DNA of 60,075 nt, filler included. It is 6 parts of 6 records of this genome, joined end to end, with 100 filler letters (N's around TTAATTAATTAA, not from the genome) between each part and the next. Parts side by side here need not be neighbours in the genome. Positions count along the whole stretch, not along the records: positions 43,657 to 54,686 come from SRR31147125_1256; positions 54,787 to 60,075 come from SRR31147125_1260; 4 more parts are not named here. One strand, 5' to 3'. Below the pieces are notes generated by a model, which did no database searches, was not told the DNA's origin, and worked only from the letters and a program-made list of their open reading frames with translations. Shown here piece by piece: positions 49,941-60,075 of the stretch. A program made the position numbers and the translations under genes. The first letter of the stretch is position 1. Every line of letters begins with the position of its first letter.

Positions 49941-51459
49941 CTATTCCTCGTATTTCTTTTTAAAATCTATTATTCCATTGCAAATAGCCTGTGCCAATGA
50001 CTTTCTATAAGATTTGCTTCGCAATTTTTTTCGTCGGAACGATTAGAAATAAATGCTGATTCTACGAGAATATTTGGCATGGATGCACCATACAAAACAT
50101 AAAATCCAGCCTGACGAACGCCATGCCCATTGGATTTACATTTATTTGATATTTGCTCATTGACAATAGCAGCCAAATCCTGACTCTCTTTGTTATAAGA
50201 ATTTTGAGCATTCGCAGCCAATATAAATGAGGCATCAGAAAAATTTTTATAATGGGCTTGTGAATCTTCAAACTGTATCACAGAGTTTTCAAATTGGGCT
50301 GCTTTTCTGGCTTGCTCTGTTTTTGCCGGACCCAAAAAATAAACCGTATGACCCCTTAATCCTTTATGCGGGTTAGAATCAACGTGAATACTTATAAACA
50401 GCTTTCCCCCTCTTTGTTGGCTAGTTTGGTCCGCTCTTTCAAGGGAATAAACACATCTTTATCACGGGTCATCACGACTTTGACATCAAGCTTTTTCTCA
50501 ATTTCTTTTTTTAACTCTTTGGCAATATCCAAAGTGACCTTTTTTTCATAAAAACGACCGTTACCAACAGCACCCGGATCTTTACCACCATGACCGGGAT
50601 CAATAACGATAACATCTATTCGCCACTTTTCTCTTTCTTTTTCTAATTCATTCAGCAGGTCTCTGGATATATCCTCCCGCGTACGAATCGAAACGATAGC
50701 TTCAGGTGGATCCTCTTTTAGAATAACCTGCCTATCTTTGACATCACCACCAACGCGGAAAGATATGCGCGCTGTCTCGGAAGAAAGTTGAATGGGGTGA
50801 ATCTGTTTCACCAACCGGCCTTGTTGTTTTACGGAAAAATATTTTAATGTATCAACTCGTCCGCCATAAAAATCCACATATAACCAGCCGTTACTTTCAC
50901 TGGTAAAAACATTCGAGTCGGAAAACTTTTCAGTCAACTTGATTCGTAATAGAGTACCATTACCCTTTTCTTCAATGATCACACCGGTAATATTTTCACT
51001 GTCATTTAAAACATAAAGAATTTTATCTTTTTCATCATATTCTATATCAACCGGCAAAACGTCATGAATAGCACGAAGAAAAAACTTTAACGGAGCATAA
51101 TATACACCATTTCGAAATAAGACCTGAATAGGCAACTGGCGTGTTTGTCCTCCAACCAGAAGATAGGGATTGACGGCAGCAACTGTTACGGAGGTGCGAG
51201 GCAGGATTAATTGAATATGCTTGAGAATATCATCCTGTTTATAAGAGATAGAGAACAGATCAGCAAATTCAGTAATAGAAATAAAATCATACCTGCCAGC
51301 TTCAACGGCAGCAATTTCGCCTATTCTTTGCTCATTATTCCTGTTAATGACCTGAATCTGCTCAGCTTTTACAGTACTGAACCAGCCAAATAAAATAAAA
51401 AAAACGAAAATTATTCTTTGCGGACTATAAATTATCCCCTTCACGATCGTCAGCTTCAA
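49941..51459 (-). CDS. N-acetylmuramoyl-L-alanine amidase, AmiC-like (apparent frameshifts at 50406-50410 and 50025-50031)
   Basis: IDPGHGGKDPGA, EKKVTL, reconstructed LFISIHVD, ILVESAFISN; after correction the frame ends at TAG 49941-49943. Confidence 0.88.
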
Positions 51460-51477
51460 CCTCTTTCAGATATCCTG

Positions 51478-52307
51478 TTAATCACGTGATAAATATTCAC
51501 TGAATTCTTTTAATATTCTTTTTTCTTTTTCACTGATTTTTTCATAACCAACTTCATTGATCTTGTCAAGTATTCGATCTACTTCTGTTCTCTTTTGACG
51601 AATATCTTCTTGCCGACGTTCTTCTTCAGCTATTCTTTTTCCTGCTGTCGAATTCGTATTTTTTGCACAACGCCTGCAATGAATTCATTGTGCCGCAAGA
51701 TGATAAAACCAACGATGGCACCTCCAAGATGAGCCAAATGAGCGACACCAGTAGTCGCCCCAAATAACTGGCCCTGAATGCCGGCAATCAGTGAGATACT
51801 AACAAATATGGCAACCAGATATTTGGCTTTTATGCTAATCGGTAACACAAAAAACAACAACAGAGTTATGACTCTGTTCGGATACATAACAGCAAAAGCC
51901 ACCAGAACACCATAAACGGCACCGGACGCTCCAATAACAGGAATGGAAGAGCCCCAATTAAATACCATATGAAAAATGGCAGCTCCGAGTCCGGTCAAAA
52001 AATAAAAACGCAAAAAGTTTATGGAACCCATACCTCGTTCCACTTCACAACCAAACATCCACAGCGTAAACATATTAAAAAAGATATGCATAAAACTGCC
52101 ATGTAAGAACATATAAGTTACAAGCTGCCAAACAGCAAAGTGACTGGTAACCTCAGCTGGTCGTAAAGCGAATAAATTAAAAAAGAGCCCACCATCCTTT
52201 GACGTGAATAGCTGCAGAACAAATAAAGCAACATTTGCGATGAGCACATTTTTGACTATAGGTGTCAGCCCACCGCCAAAACCAAATTGTAATCTTCTCG
52301 TATACAA
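51478..52307 (-). CDS. rhomboid family intramembrane serine protease (apparent frameshift at 51636-51640)
   Basis: HIFFNM, GASG, AHLAHLGG; corrected C-terminus EVDRILDKINEVGYEKISEKEK resembles the common rhomboid tail. Confidence 0.9.
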
Positions 52308-52498
52308 ATTTTAATCAATTCACCTAAATTTTAAAGTAACTTTAAAAATATGAACAGGTCATAAATAAAAAAACATTTCAATTATTTAACAAAAGAAACT
52401 CATATATCATTCAACTACTAAAAAACGATAGAAAAACAATCAAAACAGACAAAGACAAAACCACGCTTTTTTATCAGAGAAAAACATTAAAAATCAAT

Positions 52499-53194
52499 CT
52501 AGAAAATTTTCATTTGAACACCCACCCGAAAACCTAATCCGGCTAAAGAGACCCGTTCTGATACCGGTAATCCTTTATTACTTTCTTCAATACTACGACT
52601 TACTTCACTGTTATTATAAAGAACAGCCGCAATAAGAGATGTGCGAGAGCCAACATCATAAAATATACCACCTGCAGCTTGCCACCCAAGGCCGCCATAC
52701 TTGCGTGTTTCTTTTCGATTCAATTCCGGATCATAATTCTTTTCTTTACTAATGAGAAACTCATATCCAAGACCGCCATAAATGAAATAGCCAAAATAGA
52801 GATCCCGATCTTTATTGATTTCAGATATTGGTATTTTGACATTTACAGCCAGCATTAAGGGTATAATGGTCCGATTAAACTCCACTTCTGTAATATAGGT
52901 AGCCGAACTGAGACCAGGCAGGTCTTCATTTGACACTTTGGATTCTTTTGCATAGGATTTATGAAAAACATCAAAGCCAAATCCGATATCCACAGATTCA
53001 TCAATGCTGGTGCTATAAGAACCACCAATCATCATCCCACTTTCAGCATCCTTTGGATTTAAATATCCGGCATTAATTGCAAAAACGCTTTTAGGCTTTT
53101 TCTCTTTATTAAATCGAAGTGCAAAAGACTGTCCGTATACAATATTTGTCACTAAAAACAACCAAAAGAAGACAATTGGTCTTTTATAGTGCAT
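52499..53194 (-). CDS. outer-membrane beta-barrel protein (OmpA/OmpW-like size)
   Basis: Signal peptide, alternating amphipathic strands, C-terminal Phe. Confidence 0.7.
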   Translation of the reverse strand: MHYKRPIVFFWLFLVTNIVYGQSFALRFNKEKKPKSVFAINAGYLNPKDAESGMMIGGSYSTSIDESVDIGFGFDVFHKSYAKESKVSNEDLPGLSSATYITEVEFNRTIIPLMLAVNVKIPISEINKDRDLYFGYFIYGGLGYEFLISKEKNYDPELNRKETRKYGGLGWQAAGGIFYDVGSRTSLIAAVLYNNSEVSRSIEESNKGLPVSERVSLAGLGFRVGVQMKIF

Positions 53195-53777
53195 AAGTCC
53201 TCCTTATCGGCCAATTTTAACAGGATATCAAACAATTTTAGAAAAAGCTAATCAAAAATGCAAGCGGAAAATAACGCTGTGCATTCACCTAACATATTGT
53301 TTATTAAATGCCCAAAATAAACATTTGTTTCAATACTGGCACATTTCAGTCTGATTAATGTACTAAATTCATTTAAAAAATGACACATATTCTTTGAATA
53401 TTAAGCAAAGAATTAAGGTCTTATTTGTCATTTCAAATTTTCCACACGTGACATAATAGTCGCAAATTGAACATTTCTATAAAAAAACGTTTCTTATATC
53501 AGTCGCTTGATACATTCACTATAACACAGAACAAGGAATATTTTAATTCATCAAAAAAAAACAACTCTGCAATCATATCTGCTAAATATTTTTGATATCC
53601 CTTTAAACAACGAATAGTGCTCGTCGCCTTACTATTTATAAAATACAAAATCGATGTGTGTAATTTCGCTATTTTGTGTTTTTTTATTGATGAATTAAGT
53701 GGTAATAAATATATTGACTCACTCCTTCATAGGCCCTTTTAAAAAAATATCTATTAAAAACAATATCAGGATATACA

Positions 53778-54584
53778 ATGTCAAACAAATATCAAATAAG
53801 GAATTTATTAATATGCATAACGCTGTTTTCTGGTATTTGTGAAACAGGATCAGCACAACAGAGTATGGAACTGAACAGATATCCCGCACAAGAAGCGAGG
53901 CAGGCAGTTGCAGTGGATAAAGATCACTTTTACGCTATAGATAATAACAGGATTGGCAAATATGACAAGGTGAGTGGCAAACAAATCAAGGTATGGGAAA
54001 GCACCGGAAATGAAGCGATGAAACACCTCAACAGTGGCGTTGTGCTCAATGGAAAGCTTTATTGTGCCCATTCGAATTACCCTGACATACCGATGGTCAG
54101 CTCTATCGAAATATGGGACACAAGAACAATGCAGCATATCGGCAATCATAGTTTTGGTATATTTGCCGGATCCGCAACCTGGATTGATTTTTACGACGGA
54201 TCCTGGTGGGTTGTTTTTGCACATTATACAAAACTTGCGGCACAAACAGGTAAAGATTCCCGGTGGACCACTCTGATCCGTTTTGACGAGACGTGGCAAC
54301 AAAAAGAATCATGGATTTTTCCAAAAACTGTGATAGATATGTTTCAACCATACAGTAATTCAGGCGGCGCCTGGGGAGAGAACGGTTACCTGTATTGTAC
54401 AGGTCACGATAAACCTGAATTATACGTTTTAGCCTTACCTCAGACAGGATCTGTATTACATTTTATCGACACTATACAAATTACGAACCAGGGTCAGGGT
54501 ATTGCATGGGATCGCTCAGAAAAAAATATTCTTTACTCTATTTCACGAAAAACTCGCCAGGTCATTATTAGCAGGATAGAATAA
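53778..54584 (+). CDS. hypothetical secreted protein, probable small beta-propeller
   Basis: Signal-like N-terminus, about five beta-rich repeats (AVDKDHFYAI, VLNGKLYCA, FYDGSWWV, WGENGYLYC, AWDRSEKNILYS). Confidence 0.65.
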   Translation: MSNKYQIRNLLICITLFSGICETGSAQQSMELNRYPAQEARQAVAVDKDHFYAIDNNRIGKYDKVSGKQIKVWESTGNEAMKHLNSGVVLNGKLYCAHSNYPDIPMVSSIEIWDTRTMQHIGNHSFGIFAGSATWIDFYDGSWWVVFAHYTKLAAQTGKDSRWTTLIRFDETWQQKESWIFPKTVIDMFQPYSNSGGAWGENGYLYCTGHDKPELYVLALPQTGSVLHFIDTIQITNQGQGIAWDRSEKNILYSISRKTRQVIISRIE

Positions 54585-54686
54585 TTTAGAGTGCCAACAT
54601 CCACCGAGCCACACTAACATGGAACTGAATCTGCCACGATTCTAAAACATAACGCATGAACGGTTAGCACAGTGATATTATAAAAA

Positions 54687-54786
54687 NNNNNNNNNNNNNN
54701 NNNNNNNNNNNNNNNNNNNNNNNNNNNNNNTTAATTAATTAANNNNNNNNNNNNNNNNNNNNNNNNNNNNNNNNNNNNNNNNNNNN
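54687..54786. other. artificial contig spacer
   Basis: 44 N + TTAATTAATTAA + 44 N. Confidence 0.98.
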
Positions 54787-54788
54787 CG

Positions 54789-55582
54789 CAGTCTGCAGAC
54801 CCTGCTTTACAGGTTAAAGCGATTGAAGATCTTATTGCTCAGGGTGTAGATGCTATCGGTGTTGTGCCTAATGATGCAAAGGTTCTTGAGCCTGTTCTTA
54901 AACGTGCTAAAGATAAAGGTATCATCGTTATTACTCATGAATCACCTTACCAGAAATATGCTGATTATGACTTTGAGCTTGTTACAGCTAAGTTCTTTGG
55001 TGAAACTCACATGAAGCTTCTTGCTGATAAAATGGGCGGTAAGGGCGGTTATGTAAACTTTGTTGGTTCTCTGACTGTGCCTCTCCATAATGAATGGGCA
55101 GATGCTGCGGTTGCTTACCAGAAAGCTAATTTCCCAGACATGTATGAAGTTACAGAACGTTTTGGTGTTGCTGAGAATGCTGATGACTCAATGCGTACAA
55201 TGAATGACCTTATCTCTGCTTACCCTGACCTCAAAGGTATGCTAGGTTTTGGTTCACAGGATTCGATCGGTGCTGGACGTGCAGTTAAACAGCGTGGTAT
55301 GACTGGTAAAATTAATATTCTTATCCTTTCTCACCAGGTCAGGGTAGAAAACTTCTTAAGAAGGGTGTTCTTACTGGTGGCTTTATGTGGAACCCAATGA
55401 TTGCTGGTGAAGTATTTGTTAATCTTGCTGTTGATATTATTCAGGATGGTTATAAGCCAAAATCAGGTGAAGTATTCGAAGGTCTCAATGAATATGAACT
55501 TGATGGAAATACTCTTCTTGGCAAAAATATTACAGCTATCAATGTTGATACAGTAGATAACCTTGCTGATATGGGTCTATAG
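54789..55582 (+). CDS. sugar ABC substrate-binding protein, LsrB/RhaS-like (5'-truncated; apparent frameshift near 55321)
   Basis: QSADPALQVKAIEDLIAQGVDAIGVVPND, VGSLTVPLHNEW; continues in another frame as PFSPGQGRKLL...GGFMWNPM. Confidence 0.82.
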
Positions 55583-55814
55583 TTTTCTGAAGAAATATTT
55601 ATGGTAATCATTTAATAGCTTTAGATATTTAACGAACAGGTGTTTTATTTGGTCTTCCAGATAAAATGCCTGTTTTATCTGAGGATATTTAGTTTTAGCT
55701 CTTGAAGTGAGTCTTTTTTCTGATAGATTTGAGCTTCTTGTAACTCTGCTGGGTATTGTATGTGGTAATATTCTCAGCAGCTGAAAATATATGATATATG
55801 CGAAAGGATATGTT

Positions 55815-57311
55815 ATGGAGCAGGATTTATTCCTCGCCGCAAAAAATATTTCCAAGTACTTTGCCGGTACCATTGCACTCAATAAAGTAGATTTTGAACT
55901 CCGTAAAGGTGAAGTTCATTGTCTTGCGGGGATGAATGGTTGTGGTAAGAGTACATTAATAAAAATTATTTCAGGGGTGTATACGCCTGAGAAAGATGCT
56001 GTTGTTGATTTTTATGACAACAGTTATCTCAAGCTTACTCCAGCGCAGGCCATCAAAGAAGGAGTTCAGGTTATATTTCAGGATTTGTCATTATTTCCAA
56101 ACTTGACTGTTGGTGAGAATATAGGTGTTTCACAGTTTGTCTCATCAATCTTTAAAATGAATAATAAACGGGAGCAGAACAAAATAGCTAAGGATGTTCT
56201 GCTGGATCTCGGTTTTGATATCGATCTCAATGTGAAGGTAGGTGATCTCTCAATCGCTAACAGGCAGATTGTTGCTATCTGCAGAGCAATTGCCAATAAT
56301 GGTAAGTTACTGATAATGGATGAACCAACCGCTTCACTGACAAGGCAAGAGGTGAAAGCTCTTGAGGAAGTGGTTAAAAAACTTACCTCCAGAGGAATTA
56401 CTATTGTATTTGTAAGTCACAGGCTGGAGGAGGTGCTGGATATATCTGACAGAGTGACTGTACTGCGTGACGGCATAAAAGTCGGGACATTTCCTGCATC
56501 AGAGATGAATACTGCTCGTCTCTCTGAGCTGATGACTGGTATAAAATTTGAGCATACACATAAACCGCATAACTTCAGTATGGCAGATGATTTTGTAGAG
56601 GTTAAAAGTATCAGTCGTAAAGGTGAGTATGAGGATATCTCGTTTGCTGTTAAACGAGGAGAGGTGCTGGGGCTGGGTGGGCTTCTTGGTTCAGGGCGTA
56701 CTGAAATAGCGACAACACTCTTTGGTATAAGAAAACCAGACAGCGGTAAAATACTTATAAACGGCAAGGAGATTGCTTTTAGAAATCATAGCGATGCGGT
56801 AAATATGCATATCGGTTATGTGTCTGAAGATCGCCTGACTCTAGGGGCAATTATGCCTCAACCGATTGCTGATAATATCTCTATCTCTGTGCTTAACAGT
56901 ATCTCATCAAGGAGACTGGGAGTTGTGAATAGGAAGAAAGAACAGGAGGAGATAACCAACTGGATCAGAGACCTCAGCATTAAAATTGGCTTTGAAAGCG
57001 ATGCTATCTCGACTCTGTCGGGCGGTAACCAGCAGAAGATTATGTTGGCAAAGTGGCTGGCGACAAGGCCTGAGTTGTTGATACTTGATTCTCCTACTGT
57101 CGGGGTTGACGTCAGTGCTAAGGCGAGTATCTTTGAGTTGGTCAATAAGCTTGCTGAGTCTGGGCTGTCTATTCTCTTAATCTCAGATGAAGTGCCTGAG
57201 TTGTATTATAATAGTGACAGAATTCTGCATTTGAAAGAGGGGCGTATTATAGGTGAATACGTGCCTAAGGAAATTGAAGAACATAAACTAATGGAAATTA
57301 TTAATGATTAA
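55815..57311 (+). CDS. sugar ABC transporter ATP-binding protein (RbsA/MglA type, two NBDs)
   Basis: GMNGCGKST, MDEPTASL, GSGRTE, LSGGNQQK, PTVGVDV. Confidence 0.93.
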   Translation: MEQDLFLAAKNISKYFAGTIALNKVDFELRKGEVHCLAGMNGCGKSTLIKIISGVYTPEKDAVVDFYDNSYLKLTPAQAIKEGVQVIFQDLSLFPNLTVGENIGVSQFVSSIFKMNNKREQNKIAKDVLLDLGFDIDLNVKVGDLSIANRQIVAICRAIANNGKLLIMDEPTASLTRQEVKALEEVVKKLTSRGITIVFVSHRLEEVLDISDRVTVLRDGIKVGTFPASEMNTARLSELMTGIKFEHTHKPHNFSMADDFVEVKSISRKGEYEDISFAVKRGEVLGLGGLLGSGRTEIATTLFGIRKPDSGKILINGKEIAFRNHSDAVNMHIGYVSEDRLTLGAIMPQPIADNISISVLNSISSRRLGVVNRKKEQEEITNWIRDLSIKIGFESDAISTLSGGNQQKIMLAKWLATRPELLILDSPTVGVDVSAKASIFELVNKLAESGLSILLISDEVPELYYNSDRILHLKEGRIIGEYVPKEIEEHKLMEIIND

Positions 57312-58275
57312 GAAAATACTAAAAAAAGAAGAGAGCCCTATTGCTATTGTCGTTATCGCTCTTATCGTGATCATGTCGCTTGTCAGCAGTAATTTCTTTA
57401 CTCTGAGGAATTTCATCTATCAGCTGGATTCATATTCCAGTGATATCATCTTTGCTATGGGGTTGCTGGTGGTGCTGATTGCCGGTGGGATTGATATCTC
57501 CTTCATGGCTACTGCGAGTGCATCTGTTTATATCGTTGCCAAGCTTAGTGTAATGTTTGATATTCAGAGTGCTGTGGTATGTATTCTTGCTATTGCCTGC
57601 ACTGCAGTGCTTTTTGGGATACTCAATGCTTTCTTTATCTATAACATGAAGATGGTCTCGATTATTGTAACTATCTCAATGATGTCTGTTACCTTCGGGG
57701 TGTTGATGTATCTGACTGACGGCAGGCTGATCTATGACCTTCCTGACTGGTGGAGCGATGGTATGCCGGTAATGACCTTTGGTGAGGCTGGAGATACATT
57801 CTCGATTACTCTGCCGATTTTGGTAATGCTGATATGTGTAGTCTTCAACTTTATTCTATTGACCAGAACATCACTCGGGAAACAGATATATGCTGTTGGC
57901 GGCAGTTCTGATGCTGCGCATCGTATCGGTATCAATGTCGGCTTTATCAATTATTTTGCTTATGGGTACATGGGTTTTATGGCTGGTATCGCAGGTTTTG
58001 TGCAATCATTTAGAAACAGTGAGGTCAATCCTTCTGCGCTTGTAGGTAAAGAGCTTGATGTGCTGGCTGCGGTAGTGCTTGGTGGTGCAAGTCTGGTTGG
58101 CGGTAAGGGGAGTGTGATCGGTACTGTGCTTGGTATTTCGTTGATTGCTATTATTAAGAATGGTCTCAACCTTGCGGGAGTCAGTTCGTACTCCTTCGAT
58201 ATTATTATCGGTCTGGCTATTCTTATTGCGATTACTGTTACTCATTATCACTCAAGTAAAAATAAGCTTTCGTAA
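57304..58275 (+). CDS. sugar ABC transporter permease (RbsC type)
   Basis: GGIDIS, GKQIYAVGGS, ELDVLAAVVLGGASL.GG.G. Confidence 0.92.
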   Translation: MIKKILKKEESPIAIVVIALIVIMSLVSSNFFTLRNFIYQLDSYSSDIIFAMGLLVVLIAGGIDISFMATASASVYIVAKLSVMFDIQSAVVCILAIACTAVLFGILNAFFIYNMKMVSIIVTISMMSVTFGVLMYLTDGRLIYDLPDWWSDGMPVMTFGEAGDTFSITLPILVMLICVVFNFILLTRTSLGKQIYAVGGSSDAAHRIGINVGFINYFAYGYMGFMAGIAGFVQSFRNSEVNPSALVGKELDVLAAVVLGGASLVGGKGSVIGTVLGISLIAIIKNGLNLAGVSSYSFDIIIGLAILIAITVTHYHSSKNKLS

Positions 58276-58287
58276 AGGATGGTGTAA

Positions 58288-59304
58288 ATGCTTAATAATA
58301 AAAAAATAGATCCTGCAATGCGCAATCTCTTTATTCTCTGGGTTGCGGTGATTGCCTTATTTACAATAATTAAAGGACCGGACTTCTTCTCCATAAATAC
58401 CCTCCAGTCTGTAGCTTTTGTTATGCCGGAGCTTGGCCTGTTGACTCTTGCTATGTTTGCGCCACTTCTCAGTGGCGGCTTCAACCTTGCTATTATTGTT
58501 ATTGCAAATGTTACCTCGATCTTTGGGGTTGCGGTCTTTCATATCTTTCATGTCAGCGAGATGGGGATGTGGCAGCAGGGGCTGATGGTTGGGATTGTCT
58601 TTATCGTCTCTGTTCTTCTTGCTATGTTTTGTGGGTGGATTATAGGGTTTATTGTCTCTCATATCGGTGCGCATCCTATTCTGGTGACTCTCGGTATGAT
58701 GACGCTTCTGAAAGGGGTAGGTATTATTACTACCAGTGGTAGAGCTATCAGTGGAGTGCCGGATTTTCTCAAGTTCTTCGGTAACGGTACAATTATGCAT
58801 ATCCCTGTGCCTATAATAATTTTTATTATAATGGCGGTGCTGCTCCATTTATTTATGACCCGCACAGCATATGGCAGGTATATCTATATGAGCGGTTCAA
58901 ACATTGACGCTGTCTTTTACTCTGGTATCAATACTAAAAAAGTTGTTATATTTATCTATATCCTCTCCAGCGGGTTGGCAACATTTGCCGGTTATTTGAT
59001 GATGGCTCGCTTTAATTCTGCGCGTGTAGGATATGGGGATTCATACCTGCTGCTTACTGTGCTGGCTGCAATCCTGGGTGGAACGGATCCGAATGGTGGT
59101 TTTGGCAAAGTCTCAACTATTGCTATGGCTCTCCTAGTTCTGCAGACAATTTCAACAGGGCTAAATTCACTCGGTACTAGTCAATATCTAAGTATGGCGA
59201 TGTGGGGAGCGGTGCTGCTTGGGGCGATGAGCCTGAAATATGTGAGAGATATCTATGCCAAAAAGCAGTATATAAAGAGAGCAGAAGCGAAGGTCGCGGA
59301 ATAG
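58288..59304 (+). CDS. sugar ABC transporter permease (RbsC type)
   Basis: GGFNLA, LVTLG, GRYIYMSGSN, LAAILGG...GGFG. Confidence 0.92.
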   Translation: MLNNKKIDPAMRNLFILWVAVIALFTIIKGPDFFSINTLQSVAFVMPELGLLTLAMFAPLLSGGFNLAIIVIANVTSIFGVAVFHIFHVSEMGMWQQGLMVGIVFIVSVLLAMFCGWIIGFIVSHIGAHPILVTLGMMTLLKGVGIITTSGRAISGVPDFLKFFGNGTIMHIPVPIIIFIIMAVLLHLFMTRTAYGRYIYMSGSNIDAVFYSGINTKKVVIFIYILSSGLATFAGYLMMARFNSARVGYGDSYLLLTVLAAILGGTDPNGGFGKVSTIAMALLVLQTISTGLNSLGTSQYLSMAMWGAVLLGAMSLKYVRDIYAKKQYIKRAEAKVAE

Positions 59305-59514
59305 TAGCTAAGTCTTTCTTCAGCTAATCTTTATTGATGGATTTTTTTACGCAAAGCATTACTCTGCTTGAATTGCCTTTACTACATAAGTTGGCTACTC
59401 TGTATTGTTTATTGATGATATTGGTTTTGCGTTGTAGAGAACTCTTTACGGGGTTCTCTGCTTTTTTGCTGGGTTATTAATGGTCATGATTGAGGAGTTT
59501 ATATTATTTTTTAC

Positions 59515-59542
59515 TTGACCTGTTTTATAACTATGGTATCTT
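59515..59542 (+). promoter_or_regulatory. candidate sigma70 promoter upstream of cheX
   Basis: TTGACC-N16-TATCTT with TG extension. Confidence 0.35.
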
Positions 59543-59618
59543 ATACTGTGCTGTTTTTATACAATGAACTAAGAGTTTTGTCTCAGGCAATTATGAGTCT
59601 TGGTGTAAAGGTGTGTCG

Positions 59619-60075
59619 ATGAAATTATTGAGAATAGATGAAAAATTGGTCGGGGTTCTGATCAAGTCTGCCCGTGATGGGCTTGCTATGGCTGGGCTGA
59701 AGCCTGTACCGGTTGGAGCTAGTAGAAGATTTACCTGTACGAGGGATGTTACTGCGATTATCGGTTGTGCAGGTAATTGCAACGGTTCGATTCTGATTAA
59801 TACATCAGAGGAGGGGGCGACTTTTCTGGCGGGTAAGATGCTGGGGGAGGATCTTGACGGGATAGATAATAACGTTTTGGATGGACTTTGTGAAATTTGT
59901 AATATTATTGCAGGTCAGACCAAGGCTGTGCTCTCTGTGACTGAGTATAAGTTTGATCGCATAAGTACTCCATCTGTGGTTGTCGGATCAAACTATTTTA
60001 TCTCACATTATAAAGGTGCGACAACAATCAGTGTTGATTTTGAACTTGAGGATATTGTAGCCAATCCTCGGCAGG
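59619..60075 (+). CDS. cheX: CheX-like chemotaxis phosphatase (runs off window end; not in ORF track)
   Basis: Translated by hand: MKLLRIDEKL...VTAIIGCAG...FLAGKMLG...LDGLCEICNIIAGQ...STPSVVVG; ExxN phosphatase motif. Confidence 0.78.
   Translation, partial: MKLLRIDEKLVGVLIKSARDGLAMAGLKPVPVGASRRFTCTRDVTAIIGCAGNCNGSILINTSEEGATFLAGKMLGEDLDGIDNNVLDGLCEICNIIAGQTKAVLSVTEYKFDRISTPSVVVGSNYFISHYKGATTISVDFELEDIVANPRQ

Noticed and set aside
7652-54742. TTAATTAATTAA recurring five times as a possible biological repeat
   Set aside because: Always centred in 44+44 N; an artificial linker.
18112-55582. Treating split genes as true pseudogenes or programmed frameshifts
   Set aside because: Uniform one-base deletions in homopolymers across unrelated contigs, with intact catalytic motifs, fit sequencing error better.
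618-59782. Numerous short ORFs overlapping or antisense to the called genes
   Set aside because: Shadow frames of well-supported CDSs with no motifs or RBS.
1-60075. CRISPR array, rRNA or tRNA genes
   Set aside because: No regularly spaced repeats or recognisable RNA genes seen by eye; a covariance-model scan was not run.

Overview
This window is not one locus. It is six contigs joined by five identical 100-nt artificial spacers (44 N + TTAATTAATTAA + 44 N), so adjacency across spacers is meaningless. (1) 1-7607, Firmicutes-like metal region: a consensus sigma70 promoter overlaid with candidate metalloregulator boxes, an Fe3+-type ABC importer, an ArsP_2/DUF2899 metal transporter and an IrtAB/YbtPQ-like ABC half-transporter. 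(2) 7708-16756, AT-rich Acholeplasma/Izemoplasma-like housekeeping block (ftsK-lepB-rbgA-rnhB-NUDIX-topA, Cof hydrolase). (3) 16857-23967, lipA followed by a Gram-positive-type pel exopolysaccharide operon (pelD-E-A-F, cut by the contig end). (4) 24068-43556, Gram-negative anaerobe-like contig with a sulfatase, decayed group II intron and integrase debris, and the most interesting item: a co-oriented ~18 kb, 12-gene cluster. It combines a fused HydC-HydB (BfuC-BfuB/NuoE-NuoF) flavoprotein, a BfuA-like FAD/FeS protein with no recognisable catalytic or NAD(P)H domain, a membrane polyferredoxin, five PQQ-like beta-propellers, a CxxC-bearing GT4 and a giant MacB/FtsX-type ABC system. (5) 43657-54686, Gram-negative housekeeping genes (trxB, Nif3, radical SAM, amidase, rhomboid). 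(6) 54787-60075, a sugar ABC importer and a partial cheX. Twelve apparent frameshifts are all single-base deletions, 11 in homopolymer runs of 5-7 nt, and are most likely sequencing errors. All family and taxon assignments come from motif recognition by eye; no searches were run.
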